A stretch of 64,000 nucleotides of DNA from Chrysomallon squamiferum (lineage: Eukaryota > Animalia > Mollusca), in contig CM022665.1 in the NCBI GenBank assembly GCA_012295275.1, positions 6,820,001 through 6,884,000 of the forward strand, read 5' to 3'. Of this stretch, positions 41,826 through 55,407 are shown one piece after another. Positions within the stretch are counted from its first letter, which is position 1; each line of letters starts with the position of its first letter. Both the position numbers and the translations under genes were made by a program. The notes beneath the pieces are model-generated. The model searched no databases. It had not been told where the DNA came from and saw nothing but the letters and a program-made list of their open reading frames with translations.

Positions 41826-42247
41826 CTTCCCATCTCTATCAGTGCAACATTTCAGTTAATAATTTTTTTAGGCGCTCGATTAAAACAAACAAACAAAATA
41901 AATAAATAAATAATAACAATAATAAGAAAAGAAAGAAAGTAAAAGTGTGTGTGTGGGTATATATATATATATATATTTGAATAATTCAATTTAATAGGGG
42001 GTGATTAATATGTTTTCGAAATGTGATTTATTTGTTATTTTATTAATTGATTAATGAACTTATTGTTATTATTATTATTTTTTGATGGTTTTCCTTGTCT
42101 TTTCTTTAAACAAAAAATAATTACTCTCCTAAAATTGTATCTTAGGTAAAAAAAAAAAAAAAAAAAAAAGGCTTAAATATCTTGCATAAGTTTTTCCACC
42201 ATAAAACATTTATGTAATAAAAAAATTAAAAAAAACGTTCAACCCGA

Positions 42248-42265
42248 TGACGTCACCACTCCAAT
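42248..42265. promoter_or_regulatory. Perfect CRE (TGACGTCA) plus CCAAT in the divergent intergenic region
   Basis: TGACGTCA at 42248-42255 and CCAAT at 42261-42265, inside a CpG cluster. Confidence 0.45.
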
Positions 42266-42980
42266 TAGGAAAGGCTAAAACGGCGACGTTCAGTAATTGT
42301 GCAACAGTGTCATTTTTATTTGTGGTAGTTTGTTTTAATAACACGTCGCTGAAAACAGTAAAATAATAACTTGAAACTATAAATTTCGAAATCATTAACA
42401 TGGTGCATGTGACTATGTTTGTGTGTGTGCAAGTATTATTTATTAATTATTATTCTCAACAGAAAATATAAATAGAAACGATAATTTGATGTCCAAAGGT
42501 GATCAACTAATTTCTTTGAATATAATACACTGACAGTTTTATTTTATACATTTTTTCTTCTTCTTTTTTTTCATAACTAAACTTTTATTTAGTATTTTTT
42601 TTTGTTTGTTATACTTACTTTTTAAAAATAAAATATTTTATCCATATCCGCCTTGCAGAAAAGGTATATATTTTTTTTGTTTATTTGCTTAATTTATTTC
42701 TGTACTTTATAAACTTTCATGTGTGTGAAGTGGGAAGTGTATGGAAACGATTACTATGAAAGTACGCACAGCATGAAGACACATGAATGAAGCGAACCAT
42801 TATAGCCCCACTGTAGCCATAAAAATAAAATAAAAAATAAATTTAAAAAACGTTAATCTTTTGACTGACTGATTATTTTTAGATGGTATTTCTCGTACGA
42901 ATAATTTATCAAATGTCTTAAATTGTGTTTAGATTCTTCAAAATAAACCTTTTTAATGTAACTTTGAAAAGTAATCTTAC

Positions 42981-42982
<2 letters not shown>

Positions 42983-43024
<42 letters not shown>
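42983..43024. repeat. (AAT)n microsatellite
   Basis: About 14 AAT units. Confidence 0.9.
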
Positions 43025-43479
43025 TTCATACATCTTAATTATATAACTTTGAAAGAACATGATTGTGTAGTATTTTATTATTGTTTATAATTCACCAGTT
43101 AAAGTCATAAGGAAAATAATTTATCTTAATAAAATTGTGTTAATCAAGGGCCATTTTATATATCTGAACGTATTTCTTGAGAATTAAAAAATTAACAACG
43201 ACAGGAGAAGAAAGTTTAGGCTCTAAAAAAGATAATATTATTATTGATTGTGCTGTAAACATTATTGAAACGAACAGAATTATCTCCCTTGGACCATTTG
43301 AGAGAACCGACTCAAAAAGTATATCTATAAATTAATAGAAGTGAAAAAGAAAAGCATTCCCCTCCTCTCATAAAAAAAAAAGAAGGAATAAAATAAACGA
43401 AAAATATAGAAGAAATGAATTTTTTTCAAACAAATACAAATTTGTACAAACGGGGAATAAACATTTTGATTTTAAACGT

Positions 43480-43662
43480 AATGATTGGTTGGAAATTAAG
43501 ACTACGGTTTAGAAAGTAATACAATAATGGTTTGGCAATCTCGCATTGCCATTGGTCACACAGTATTTGCATTCCCTTCGGGTCACTTGTCAGTTGTTCT
43601 TTTTCATTCATCGTGTGGGAAGCAGACTTATTTTGAAAATTAGCCAAGTGTCATACATATCG
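43480..43662 (+). promoter_or_regulatory. Putative SINHCAF promoter (reverse CCAAT boxes) and first non-coding exon
   Basis: ATTGG motifs at about 43484 and 43551, CpG-rich, strong donor CG|GTAAGT after 43662. Confidence 0.5.
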
Positions 43663-43971
43663 GTAAGTTTTACAATATTAATTTTTACCAGAAATTATGA
43701 TATTTTGATATCTGTAATACAGATGTCAGTAATAAAAATAAAAATGAGACGTTGCGGATGTGTATGTTAACATTCGGTTGTCATCAGCTAAAACTTTAAA
43801 AAAAAATAAAAAAAAAAAAAAAAAAGCGAAATACGTTCTAAGCAGACGGACAATGTTTCGCGCTTAATAAAAATAAATAAATAAATAATAATCTTAGCAA
43901 CATGACAACTACCCTATAATGAAAGGAATGACACTAATTAATAACGAATAAGATTATTAATCTTCCACAGT

Positions 43972-44056
43972 ATTGATGTTACTCAGTTTTGTGAATACTC
44001 TGAATAGCGATCTCTATTTGTACCGTATAACATAAATTAATATTTAATAATTTATT
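43972..44056 (+). repeat. 85-bp dispersed element, copy B (inverted partner at 39918-40002)
   Basis: 78/85 identity to the reverse complement of 39918-40002. Confidence 0.85.
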
Positions 44057-45231
44057 ATTTATTTTTAAATTGTTATAATAATATGAATGTCTGTCTGGTT
44101 CGGTTCAAGTTATACTGTTAAGTACCTGACAAGTGGAAGTCAGTTTGTCGTTACAGGAGCTATTTGTCTCGTTGGAGTAATAATAGCTTGTTTAATTTCG
44201 TTTGAGAAATAGACCCGGTAGACCGGTCTAGACTAGAGGTATTTTCTTAAATGTTAATCTCTAAAGTCGTTTACAAAATAAATAAATATACAAATTTCAT
44301 GTCCTTACTCAAATAATACTAAAAATGAATAAATAAATTTTAAAAAGAAGAAAAAAAATTCACAAGCTCATGCATGACCCAGGCATATATTTCTTGATAG
44401 TCACAATGGATGTTCTTTGTTCGGTCCGGTTTCGGCGGCAAAATTACGCTGAAAAAAGCGAATGACACGAATAAAGATTATGAATTTTATGTAACTGTAT
44501 TATTTTACTACAGTTTACAATGTATTTCATCAAAAATCACAAATTTCTTTGTTCTAAAACGTGGATACAAGTTCTAGTACAGAGCGAGTCATTATTATAA
44601 GCGCAAGCGGATACGCAGTTTGACCCAGTCTTCACTGCATAAATCATTATAATGAGATATATTTAGCTGGCTCCTTTCCCAGCTGGGTCAGTTTAAGTTC
44701 AGTCCGAGAAGTGGTAAGTTAGATTCCATTTTCAGTGGAATGTAGGCCTCGTTTGAATTTCTTCACAGGATTTGGAGAAACGGAATTATAACTGATCACT
44801 GGTATATTTAATTCAGGTGACTTAAATACACCATATCTTTTATCCGTTGAAACACGAAACAAGAATTCAGAATTGCGTGTACATTGTGAATCTGTAACAA
44901 CTGCACTAGGTGAACCTGGAAACGGGCGTTGAACCCAAATTTAACAAGTTCTCTTTGTTAATCAGGTAGACAAATATAACTGTACTTACAATTTATTACT
45001 TTCATATTGTATTTTAGCCGTTATTTCAAAAAACGTTAAACAAATTTCAGTGAAAAATGAACGAATAATTTTAAATTTTTAAATAAAACTGTAGGTTGTT
45101 CGCACTCTCGCAAATGGACGGATAATACGTGGGCGTTCTTTTTCTTTTTTATTTCATAGAAGAATAATTTTGTCCACAAAAATTTGTTATGTTTTATTTG
45201 TCCTTTTAGCCAAAACAACGATTTGATAGCC

Positions 45232-48200
45232 ATGTTCAGCTTTCACAAACCAAAAATCTATCGCAGTATGAGTGGCTGCTGTATTTGTCGAGCAAAATCA
45301 TCAAGTTCTCGCTTTACTGATAGTACCAAATATGAGAGGGATTTTGATAAATGCTTCAGGATTCGCGAGGAAAGAGCAGGCGAAATTTGCAATGCTTGTG
45401 TTTTGTTGGTTAAACGGTGGAAAAAGTTACCAGAGGGAACAAACCGGCACTGGCATCACGTAAGTGTAATTTTTTACATCAAATTTTATTTTTATTTTTA
45501 TTTTTATTTTTATTTTTATTTTTATTTTTATTTTTATTTTTATTTTTATTTTTATTTTTATTTTTATACAGCTGAACACAGGCATTTAATATAAATTATA
45601 ATTATATATGTTCATTATTATTATTATTTGTTCATTATTATTATTATTTGTTGAGAAAACTTCAGTACTATGCATTTTATATGCATCTAAATGATTTTAT
45701 ACTAATTGTGAATGAAAATTTATTACAAAGTTTTAGTAAAATTAATCTAAAGATAATTTGATGCTTATTTTTTTAGTAAGTAACAGCTAAAATATTTAAC
45801 TTGGAACAATATTGCCATAAATATTACAGATTCCGTAAAACTTTTTATATTTGTGTATTTTCTTCTATTATTTATGCCATGTTTATCTATCCATTTTCAC
45901 TGCTAAAACCATAATCTCTCAGTATAATAGGCCAATTTATACCTTTGAAAGAAATGTTATTTGTTCCACTTGACTGGATGCTGGTTTGGCCAGATCCATC
46001 ACATTATCAATGTCCTGGAAGGCTTATGTATAAATTTATATTGCCTTAAGCAATCTTGGCTCTAGAGGTCAACTCTTTCTTGAGTCTTTGTTATGTAAAA
46101 TTTATATATGTCGCAGCCATCATAGTGATACTGGTCAAGTCTTCATAGTAAAGTGTTTTTGTTAAATGATGGATATTTATTTATTCTTAATATTTTATGT
46201 AGATGTGTTTCAATAGCTACATACAGTTGCATACTGTTCTCAGACATATACTTGTAGATATTAAATTTGATTTTGTGCATGAAGTATAGATGCAAATGTG
46301 TGAAATTTTCTAGATAATTTCTTTCAAGTTTGATATTTCTTATTTTCTTTGTTAGCCTGAATTTATTTTGGAAATTTATATTTCTGATGTTAAAAAAGAA
46401 ATGTAGCAAGCAAAAGGAAAGGGATATTGAAAATACATGTCATCATCTTAAAACAAGTTTGTTTCAGAATGTGGTGGAAAATTCTGGATGTATTGGATGT
46501 TGTATGCAATTAAGTGTGCAGTTATTTTTTGACACATCTTTGCTAAAAAGAAGAAAAATTTATTCTTAGGTCAAGACATTACTTTTTAGTCATAACCTAT
46601 ATAAATATTTAAAAGGAAAGCAGTATTAATTTAAACATTTAAAAGATGATAGCAACTTCTTACCTCTGACCAGACACATGTTTATAAATTTCATTACTGA
46701 AATATAAATTACATTCTAGGATCAAATATTTTGAATAACTAGTAAGGGTAGTATGTTATCAACTAGTTTATACAAATAATATTATCATATTTCAAATTCA
46801 AAACAAACAAATCACCTAACAATAATAATAATTGAAATACTAATTCAAAAGTAAATGACTTGCAGTAAATTTTGTACTACAGATACAGTGTAACAACAAT
46901 ATTTCACTGATGTATTTACTTATAGGTAAGAAAAATGTAATTTAAACATTGTACAATAATGTTTCAGCTGCCATTCTTGGCATTCTCAACATCAGGGCAT
47001 CTCTTTAGGTCAGAAACTTGGCCTCTGCTGACAGATTTGATTAGCAAAGATTGAAGGAAGTCAGAAATAGTTTCAATGCTCTGTGTTTTAGACCTGTATC
47101 TGTTAAAGTCATCTAAAAACTATTGCTACTTTTTCTATCATGTTAAGAATTTTCTGTACCTCCCAGGCCACTGGATTTTTTTTTTTTCTTCTAATACATT
47201 CTGTTATTTGTAAACATTTTTATTAGAACCTACAGACATAGAGTGCATAGAATAAAAATCCATAAATGTTTACAATTTCAGTTGGACTGGGATGTGTTAA
47301 ATATATACTACAAAACAATAGTTTAAAAAATGGCCGTTTTATACCTGTCTATTATGGTTTTTAATGACAAAGAAAAATTGTTATTAATAGCATTCACGAT
47401 AAATAAAAGTAAGCACTGATTTATACCTTGTTGGGTTTAACCTTCTGAACTCTACTGCACAGATATTTTTCATTGTTTTTCTGCTCTGAAATAAAATATC
47501 CCTCCCCACAAGAAACAAAAACCAAATAAACAACAAAAATGTGTGTGTTCTGTGTGAAAATAACTGCTTATTAATTTAAAGGCTTTTTTGTTGTTTTGTT
47601 GTAATCCAGACTCAGCTGTTAACAATTATAATTTTATTGGATGAGAATAACACAAAAAATGAAGAATATATATGCATTTGGAATGTTGTCTTTAAACTCT
47701 TTTTTTTAACACTCAGTACTTCATATTCCAAAGTTAAGAGATAATGTATATGGCAGACCTTACTTAGGAGTTCACTTATCTAGTAGAAGGTGTGACCTTG
47801 GATGCTGTTCTGATGGTTGTTGCTTGATAACAGCAGCAAGTTAATGAACCAGGCAGCTGAGGATTATTTACAAATACTTTCTAAAGCCAGGGTTTTACAG
47901 TTCATAGGGTCAGAATTGTTACATAACCTGAGCCATATGACTGTCATCTGCAGCATATTACCACAGTGTAACAACATGCAGACACATGTTACAAATGCAA
48001 ACATTCTGTTAGCATTTAAATGCACCAGTGAATTCCATGATATTGATACACACTTTTGTGTGTGTATATTTACATGTGTATATATATATGAGCATTTTAT
48101 GTCAGCTGTATTTGATGTGAACGAGATATTTTGTTTTCATTTATTCCTTCTTTAATCATATAATTGGCACCTAATCTGTACAAATGTAAACAAGAAAATG

Positions 48201-51200
48201 TTTCTAGACACCCAATCCAGAATTCTATGTAAAGTACTTGCACATATATCAACAGGCATGGAGAAAGGTGTACTACTCATGGAGGATCAGGAGACGATGC
48301 TCAGGATTATGAAACCAAAACTGTATTGATGATAAATTATAAAAATGAAACTGATTGACCAGGGATAATTACAGAAAATTTGAACTGTTTTCATGATTGT
48401 TCAGAATGTCAAATAATGAAAGAACACAAGAACAATGCTGTTAAGTTCTGTGTTTGCTACCTTTGTTTAAGATATTTTTGTTTAGCTTTATTTAGCTTTG
48501 GCTTTTTCTGTTGTTTTGCCACTGGATTTTGATTGATCCTAGGTCAAATGCACTTGTCTACTAGATCTTCCCTAGTTTACACATGAAGTTTACAACCTGC
48601 TGTTCAAACCTAATGTGACAACATTCATCAAAGTGGAATCTGGATATTCAAATTTGTTTTATTGTCACTATATAAAGCATGCTGTTTTGTAGGACGGTAC
48701 TTTTCATGTGGATTACACAAGGAAGTCATGATGAAGCCTAGGGCAAAATACGGTGACCTCTGCTGAATCATTATTGATTTAGAAAACTAAGTTAATCTAT
48801 GCTCCATTGTATCTAGTTGTATTATTATTTTACAAATCCTTTTTCTTTCTTTTTTTCTTTTTTTCTTTTTTTGAGGTTATATGTTAGTACAGACAGTAGC
48901 CATTTTGACTCTTTTTAAAACGTATCAATTATTTTTTTAAATTTATAATTAATGCCACATATACAAGTATCAAATTTCATGTTTTGAAATGTAATGTTAG
49001 AACCTATGGAAAGGTTTAATGTGATTCTTGTCAGAAAGATGTATGAACTCTGATGAGGGAGACAACATTAGGTGGAAACAAAATGAGTCATGTGCAAAGA
49101 AGTGAAAAACTACCTTACTCCTCAGCATGATTAACATACAGAGGAGTGGTTTCTGCAGTACAGTCACTCTAGCTATGATCAGTTGTTGGGTGTTGCCTAA
49201 CTGATAACATTAATCTGTGTTACTGGGCCACTAACTGGTGTCTCTTTACACTCGGCAAACAGACAGAGCTGTGCAAGAAAGCCAGACAGTGTTGAAATTA
49301 TAATGAATGTTAATGTCAATTTGCATTTTCATTTTTTAACACGAGATTGACAAAAATGTCTTGTTCTGTTTGCCGTTTCCTAAACATTTGCTTCAGATAA
49401 GATTTTTGATGTAGTGCAAAATGAAAGAGAAAAATGCATTTCTGATGAAGTTATTAATAATATAAATTTTAGACTTGTGCACACAAGTTATCTCATTACC
49501 TCTTTGTGAAAATCCAGTCGTAATATATGTATGCAAATAAGAAAATAAATATATATGTAAACTATTATGTGGATCAGTTCCCAAACATTCCATTTGTTCC
49601 TCTGATTTCTAATGTGTTACCAAATTCAGGTGTCCCCATCCACCTCTGTTTTGAGAGTAAATACCAACTCCACAACATATAATATTTTTCAGTTGTTACA
49701 AAAATATAATATCTGAAAAATAAAAATAACAAAAGATTGTTTAATTTAATAAAAGTGAATGCATTTGTCTGACAGATTTGTTTTTATGAAAACATTCTAG
49801 ATATCAGTTATGCTACTTCTATATTATTTCATACATTTAAACTTTTTTTTTTTCTTTCTAAAGTTTTGAAAATGTACTGAAATAGCTCTTGAAAACTGAA
49901 ACTGATAGTGCTTTATTATCTGAAGTAATGTACTTCAGGAGGAGCTTAGAATAAACATGTTGGCTTTAATGTGAAACATTTTCCAATTAATATTTAGCTC
50001 TTTTTATTCTTAAAAGTAGCAGTTTTAAAATACATACATGTGTATATATATACTGTTGACTTTATTTGTTGTTTTTTTGAAACAAATTATCTTATAATTT
50101 GAATATATGCAATTTTTCATCTAGGTTTAAGAAAAACCATGTTTTAATATTTGTTTTAAGTAGGAAAGTATAATGAAATTCAGATATTTTATATACAAAT
50201 TTTTTAATCATACTGTCTTCCTGTTTTATCTGTAATTAGCATTAATTGGAGACTTTTTAGATGTTTATTGACTGATTTCTTTTTAATAAACTAAATGTAT
50301 GTCTGTAACGTTACATGATTTGACCAGTTTGTTGCTGTACTGAAAATGGCTGAACCATAGTTAATGGCAAACACTGAAAAGTGCTATTTTTGGTCATGAT
50401 TTTTAGCATAGTTTATCTTGCATTCTCACTGACTCATTCAGGTTTGCCCAGGTAATGGCAGTATCCAGAGGCTGATTCATTGCAGTATTTTTAATAAAGA
50501 ATGTTAACTATTGGCAAAATACTTCAATCTCTTAGGAATATAGTTCAGGAATGTTATGTTAGGTGAGCATATTATTTTTAAAATTTTTTAAATAATCTAT
50601 ATCTTTTGATGATGATTTTTCAATTACAAAAATAGAAATAACTTTTGAAAGGCATACATCAATACTTGTCCTAAAAAGCCCCACTTTCTGTTGACAATGG
50701 TTTACAAAATAGCTGTATTTAAGTCAACTAACTTCAGCATTAGATACCATAATTGATCTTAATGACAAATCTTATAGCTGTGTTAGTCATTAGTGAACAA
50801 CAAAGAAAGAAACAAAACAGATTTGATATTTTCCATTCTGCCAACTCGAGCTCAACTGATTTTTAAAGCCTTCACAGGAATAACAACATTTTCTGACAGA
50901 TCTCTTCATTCATGAAGGCAGCCTGGCCATCTGTTGTGAACTCCTGACCTGATGATCTCAGAGTGATTTCAGTTTTGCTTTTTCCTCTTTACATGAACAA
51001 GATAGAGAAAAAAAAAAGAGAAGAAAAAAGAACTGAATCGCTAAAGCTTAGTAACTTTGTCTTGTATAGTTCATATTTTTATATTTTCATTAGAATACAG
51101 ATCTGTATTGGTCAAGCATTGCCAGCACTCTGTTAGGACTCTGTTAGGCATATATGTAGTGTGACTGACCATTTAATGTTGCCAGTAATAGGTAGGCTGA

Positions 51201-54200
51201 CTGTTTGACCTCAGAGCCTGGTTATTCTAGATTGGACACCTGTCCTTGGTGACTGTATGGAGGAATTTTTCCACAGTTGTTGCTTGTCTTAAGAAACATA
51301 TCACTTTTTCAGACAGCCACAGAGGAAAGTTAAAGATAATGATTTGGAAAAATGCATATTTTTTTGGTTGTTACTGTTTTATAAATGAAATAATTAAAAT
51401 GTAATTAAACGTTCTTAATCTACATGAATAAATTTGTCGTTTAATTTCCTAAACAGTATGCATAGTAGTAGATTATATTTAGATCCTATTTTAAATACAC
51501 TGTATAAATGTTACACAACAACAGTACATGTTGCTTATTTTCAGAAGCTTCCAAACAGAATATAATAATTTTCAACTCTGTGGGTGACAGTATCTGATCA
51601 ACATAATTTAAAGCAATTTTTTGTAAACATTTTTATGTTTATTATTTTTTCCCCACAATTTTTTAATCTGGTAATGAAACAATCTGTAAATAAAAATGGA
51701 TTTTTATTTTTTCACTCTTACTTTCATGTATTAACACTAATCAGGTGGGTCTACTTGTGATTAACTTTGCAATGGTGACAGTCTCACTGTTGTGATAATG
51801 ATACTGGCCTTGTCTAGTCAAGTTCAACATTGGACATCTATTGTCATTGTTCTTTTAATGATACTAAACTTTGAAAATATTGATCTTCTGTAAACTACCT
51901 GCAAACCATAATTACACACAATGTTTCTTTACCTTTCTTTGTCTCAAGGACAGCTTGTGTGAATATTAGCACACTCTGTTAGATGGATGTTTATCTGTGT
52001 ATTATTTTCTTAAATCTCTGTATATGCATGCCCTATACCTGTCACAAGAATGAAACAAGGCATTTTTAAATAAGATTACAGGTGTATGTGGAACATAAAG
52101 TGTACACACATAATTTAAAAATTCATTTATACATCATTTCTATCATCTTAAAGATTCATCAGTTTACAATAGCATTTTATTTTCTCAAGTAAAATAGTTT
52201 CCAACAAAAAATTGCCTTTAAATTATATTTCTAATTTCATTTGAATATTTTGAGATTTACGTTTCAAGATGAATAAAATACTTGAACTCATTAACATCAT
52301 TTAAAATACTCACATGTGCTCAGCAAATTATTTCAAAATCGTTTACATTTTTATTTAAAAATAATAAAATAAAAATAAAAATAACAGCAAACAACATCAT
52401 TCAATATTGGCTGATTTGCCAATATTGGTATCATTTGCCTCTAGCCTTTTAACAGTACTATAGCTCCATGCTGAAATGCTCATCTACCATTTCTGTGGCC
52501 GACATTCTAAAAATAACATGGCCACTGCCTGCCTTCTTGCTGCACTGTCAGTTCCAGTAGTGTGTATAAATCAATAGAAACCTGAATTGAGCAGACTGCT
52601 GAATCTAATAGAAGCTTTTACAGGCAGCCATAATTATTTGTGTTTGTGTAGGCATGAAAAGAAAAATATTTTATATTGCATTTTAATATATAAAGTGAAA
52701 GCCTGCCACATTCATTTATTCATAAAACTTAAAATTTCTTTATGCTTCAGAATTTGAAAAGGAAATTTAAAAAACAAAACAATGTTGTTTTTTTTAATTT
52801 TTAAAAGCTTGATGATGATGAAATATGAAAAAGTGTACTTTTATTAAATATGCTTTTTCACTGATTTTTTAATCCACAATAAGATTCAAGTTAAATGCTT
52901 ATGGTGAAAGGAAAGTTTATTAAACCAATCTGAATGGCTTGTTTGTGCCTTTTATAATGAAACCATATCCTTACCTATCTATCCTTAGTTTCCTTCTGTG
53001 TTAATCCATTGACAGTCTACAGTGTCTATTAGCAAATATGTTTAATAATGGAAATCAATAGTAACTGTTGAAAAAGTGATTAATAATAACAGTTGGATAT
53101 TGCCTCAAGAGCTGACCATTAAAATAGCTGATAATGTGAAGAAAGAAGGTGTCATATTTGATGTCAGAATCATAGTTAAATAAATTATTTATTTCAAATG
53201 TTTTTTGCATGTTGGTGACATTTCCAAAAAGTCTGAAATTGCATGAATTAAAAATCAATTTGAAATTTAAAAAAAAGGATAAAAAAATGTAACCTTTACT
53301 GCACATATTTTTTTAATAAAATGTATTCTGCAGTAATCTCTTAATATTTTTTTATGTTACTAAAAATTGAAGTACCTATATGTCAAATAAAATTTGAAGA
53401 GTAAAGGTTCAACAAATTCAGTAATGACTTAGCAGTTTTATTAATAACAGAAGAAGCAATAACATGTGTTTTACATTCAGGAGTATTTTTGAATATTGAT
53501 TATTTATGTAATGCATTCTTCTGAAACCTGGAAAATTAACTTGACTGCAATAAAATTAAACAATTTCCTGGAAGCTTTGACTGACCCAGTCTAAATTCTA
53601 AATAATTCCTTACAGGTTGTGGATGCAAGAGCAGGCCCTGGGACAAAATCAGCACTGAAAATCAAGAACAAGAGCCCAGTGAAATTCAAAAAGCACAAGA
53701 CAAAGAAACTTAAGCCTAAAAGAGAACAGTATCCCATCATTCCATGTCCAAGTCCGATCTCAGATGAGTTCTCAGGTAATTCGGTCACTGACCTACTTGC
53801 ACTACTTGTACAGCTATGTGGTATAACTCCCTCTACAAACATTAGCTGTCAGGAGAACGGCATGAAGGGAAAATACATGCCACAAACAGCGTGTACCTTT
53901 TTAGGTCACAGTTGTATATGCACTAGCAGGCTAGATTTCTTGTATTTAGATATGGGTGTGTTTATTTAAACATTTCTTTGTAAAGTTTTCTGAACAAGGA
54001 TTTTATTACTTTTACTATGTTTAGCTTTTTAAAGTGGATAAAAATAATTTTCATTATTTTCATTTTTTTAATTTTCCAGATGGAACGATTTTTTTTTTTT
54101 TTTTTTTTTTGGTTATTGTTAAATTTGTATTTGAACCAAAATATATTATATATAAATAAATAAACAGCTGTGTTGACTTGTTTTTATCTTATTTGTTTTT

Positions 54201-55407
54201 TGTTTCCTTTCTTGCAAAGATGAACTGAAAATAATTAGGTTAATCACTTCAGTGTTTACACCTTCAGTGGAATGTGAAAACTTACACTTAAAAACAAAAA
54301 AAGAAGCTTTTTCTAAAATACGATTTATATGATTATAGAAATACGTATGGACATACTGTACAATTTTAAACAAAAAAGTATTTTCATTTTCAAAAATAAA
54401 AATTCATAACTGCTAACACAATTATAGAGACGACAAAAAAAAAAAAAAAAAAAAAATAATAATAATAATAATAAAATAAATAAATAAAAATGAAAAATAA
54501 TATTAGGGTTAAAAATAAAAATCCATTAAACAATTTGGTAAAATTTTATTTCTAGGAGAGGACAGTTGTGATAGAGCACTCCAGTTTTCCAGGAAGTTTT
54601 CATTAGACTTCAGTGATGAGTCAGACAATGAGGATCCAAATCAAGTTTCTCGAGGAAAACACTGCAAACGATCTCCCAGCAAAGACCGAATCAGTTCCTT
54701 TCTTGATCTCACTTACTGGAAAAAGTAAATATTTATTAATAGTCTCAGTAGGTTAGACAAATTAAAAATTGTACACATTATCTGTTTAAAATGAACAATA
54801 GTAAATATATAAAATTCTATACTTCTTATTTTGATTTTTTTTTTTAAATATATGTGTGTGTGTGTGTAAAAGTACTGAAAACATTTTTTGAAGTACAAAT
54901 TAAATTGTCATTGTCAGGACTGATAAGTTACTTTTTCTCATTATCATTGCAATAATGTATTTTATAAATGAAGATTATATAATACTGTATGTACAAAAAG
55001 GCACATCAGATCTTTTCCAAAAGTAACAGAACATAAATAAAAAGTAAAAATTGATGGTATGTTTCAGGACACAGGTTTGTTGTGGAATCATATTTAAAGG
55101 AATGAATGGAGAAGTACTGGTGGATCCAAGGCTTTTGAAACCATGTTTCTCCTGCCGAAATCAAAAAACAGTCAAAAGTGAGATTCATCGCAGTCAATCG
55201 GTGGAAACAGAAAGCAACGTGAGTTCAAACAGTTACAATGACAATGACTTTCTTGAAACAAAAAGTGTCGATTCAGAACAAAGCACACCATCTTTTTCAA
55301 TAGACAGTCATGAAAATGCTGCTGCTTATGCTCTTGAAAGACTCACCTGTGCAGCAAACAAGCTGGAGGCAAGATACACCCACCGAGCACTAGCAATGGA
55401 ATGTTAA
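45232..55407 (+). CDS. SINHCAF: SIN3-HDAC complex-associated factor (FAM60A), 298 aa
   Basis: Exons 45232-45459, 53616-53775, 54556-54724 and 55068-55407, phases consistent. MFSFHKPKIYRS..GCCICRAKSSSSRFTDS, GEICNACVLLVKRWKKLP, WHHVVDARAGP and FLDLTYWKK..VCCGIIFKG..GEVLVDPRLLKPC are the FAM60A signature blocks. Confidence 0.96.
45484..45567. repeat. (TTTTTA)n hexanucleotide repeat
   Basis: About 14 units starting 25 nt into the intron after the first SINHCAF coding exon; explains the FYFYFY tail of ORF 45184-45594. Confidence 0.92.

Noticed and set aside
48728-48767. Box C/D snoRNA candidate (ATGATGA...CTGA)
   Set aside because: Only about 40 nt long, with no terminal stem or recognisable guide.
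49045-49092. Hammerhead-like core CTGATGA...GAAAC...GTC
   Set aside because: Stem II and stem III lack complementarity (G opposite G at the base of stem II).
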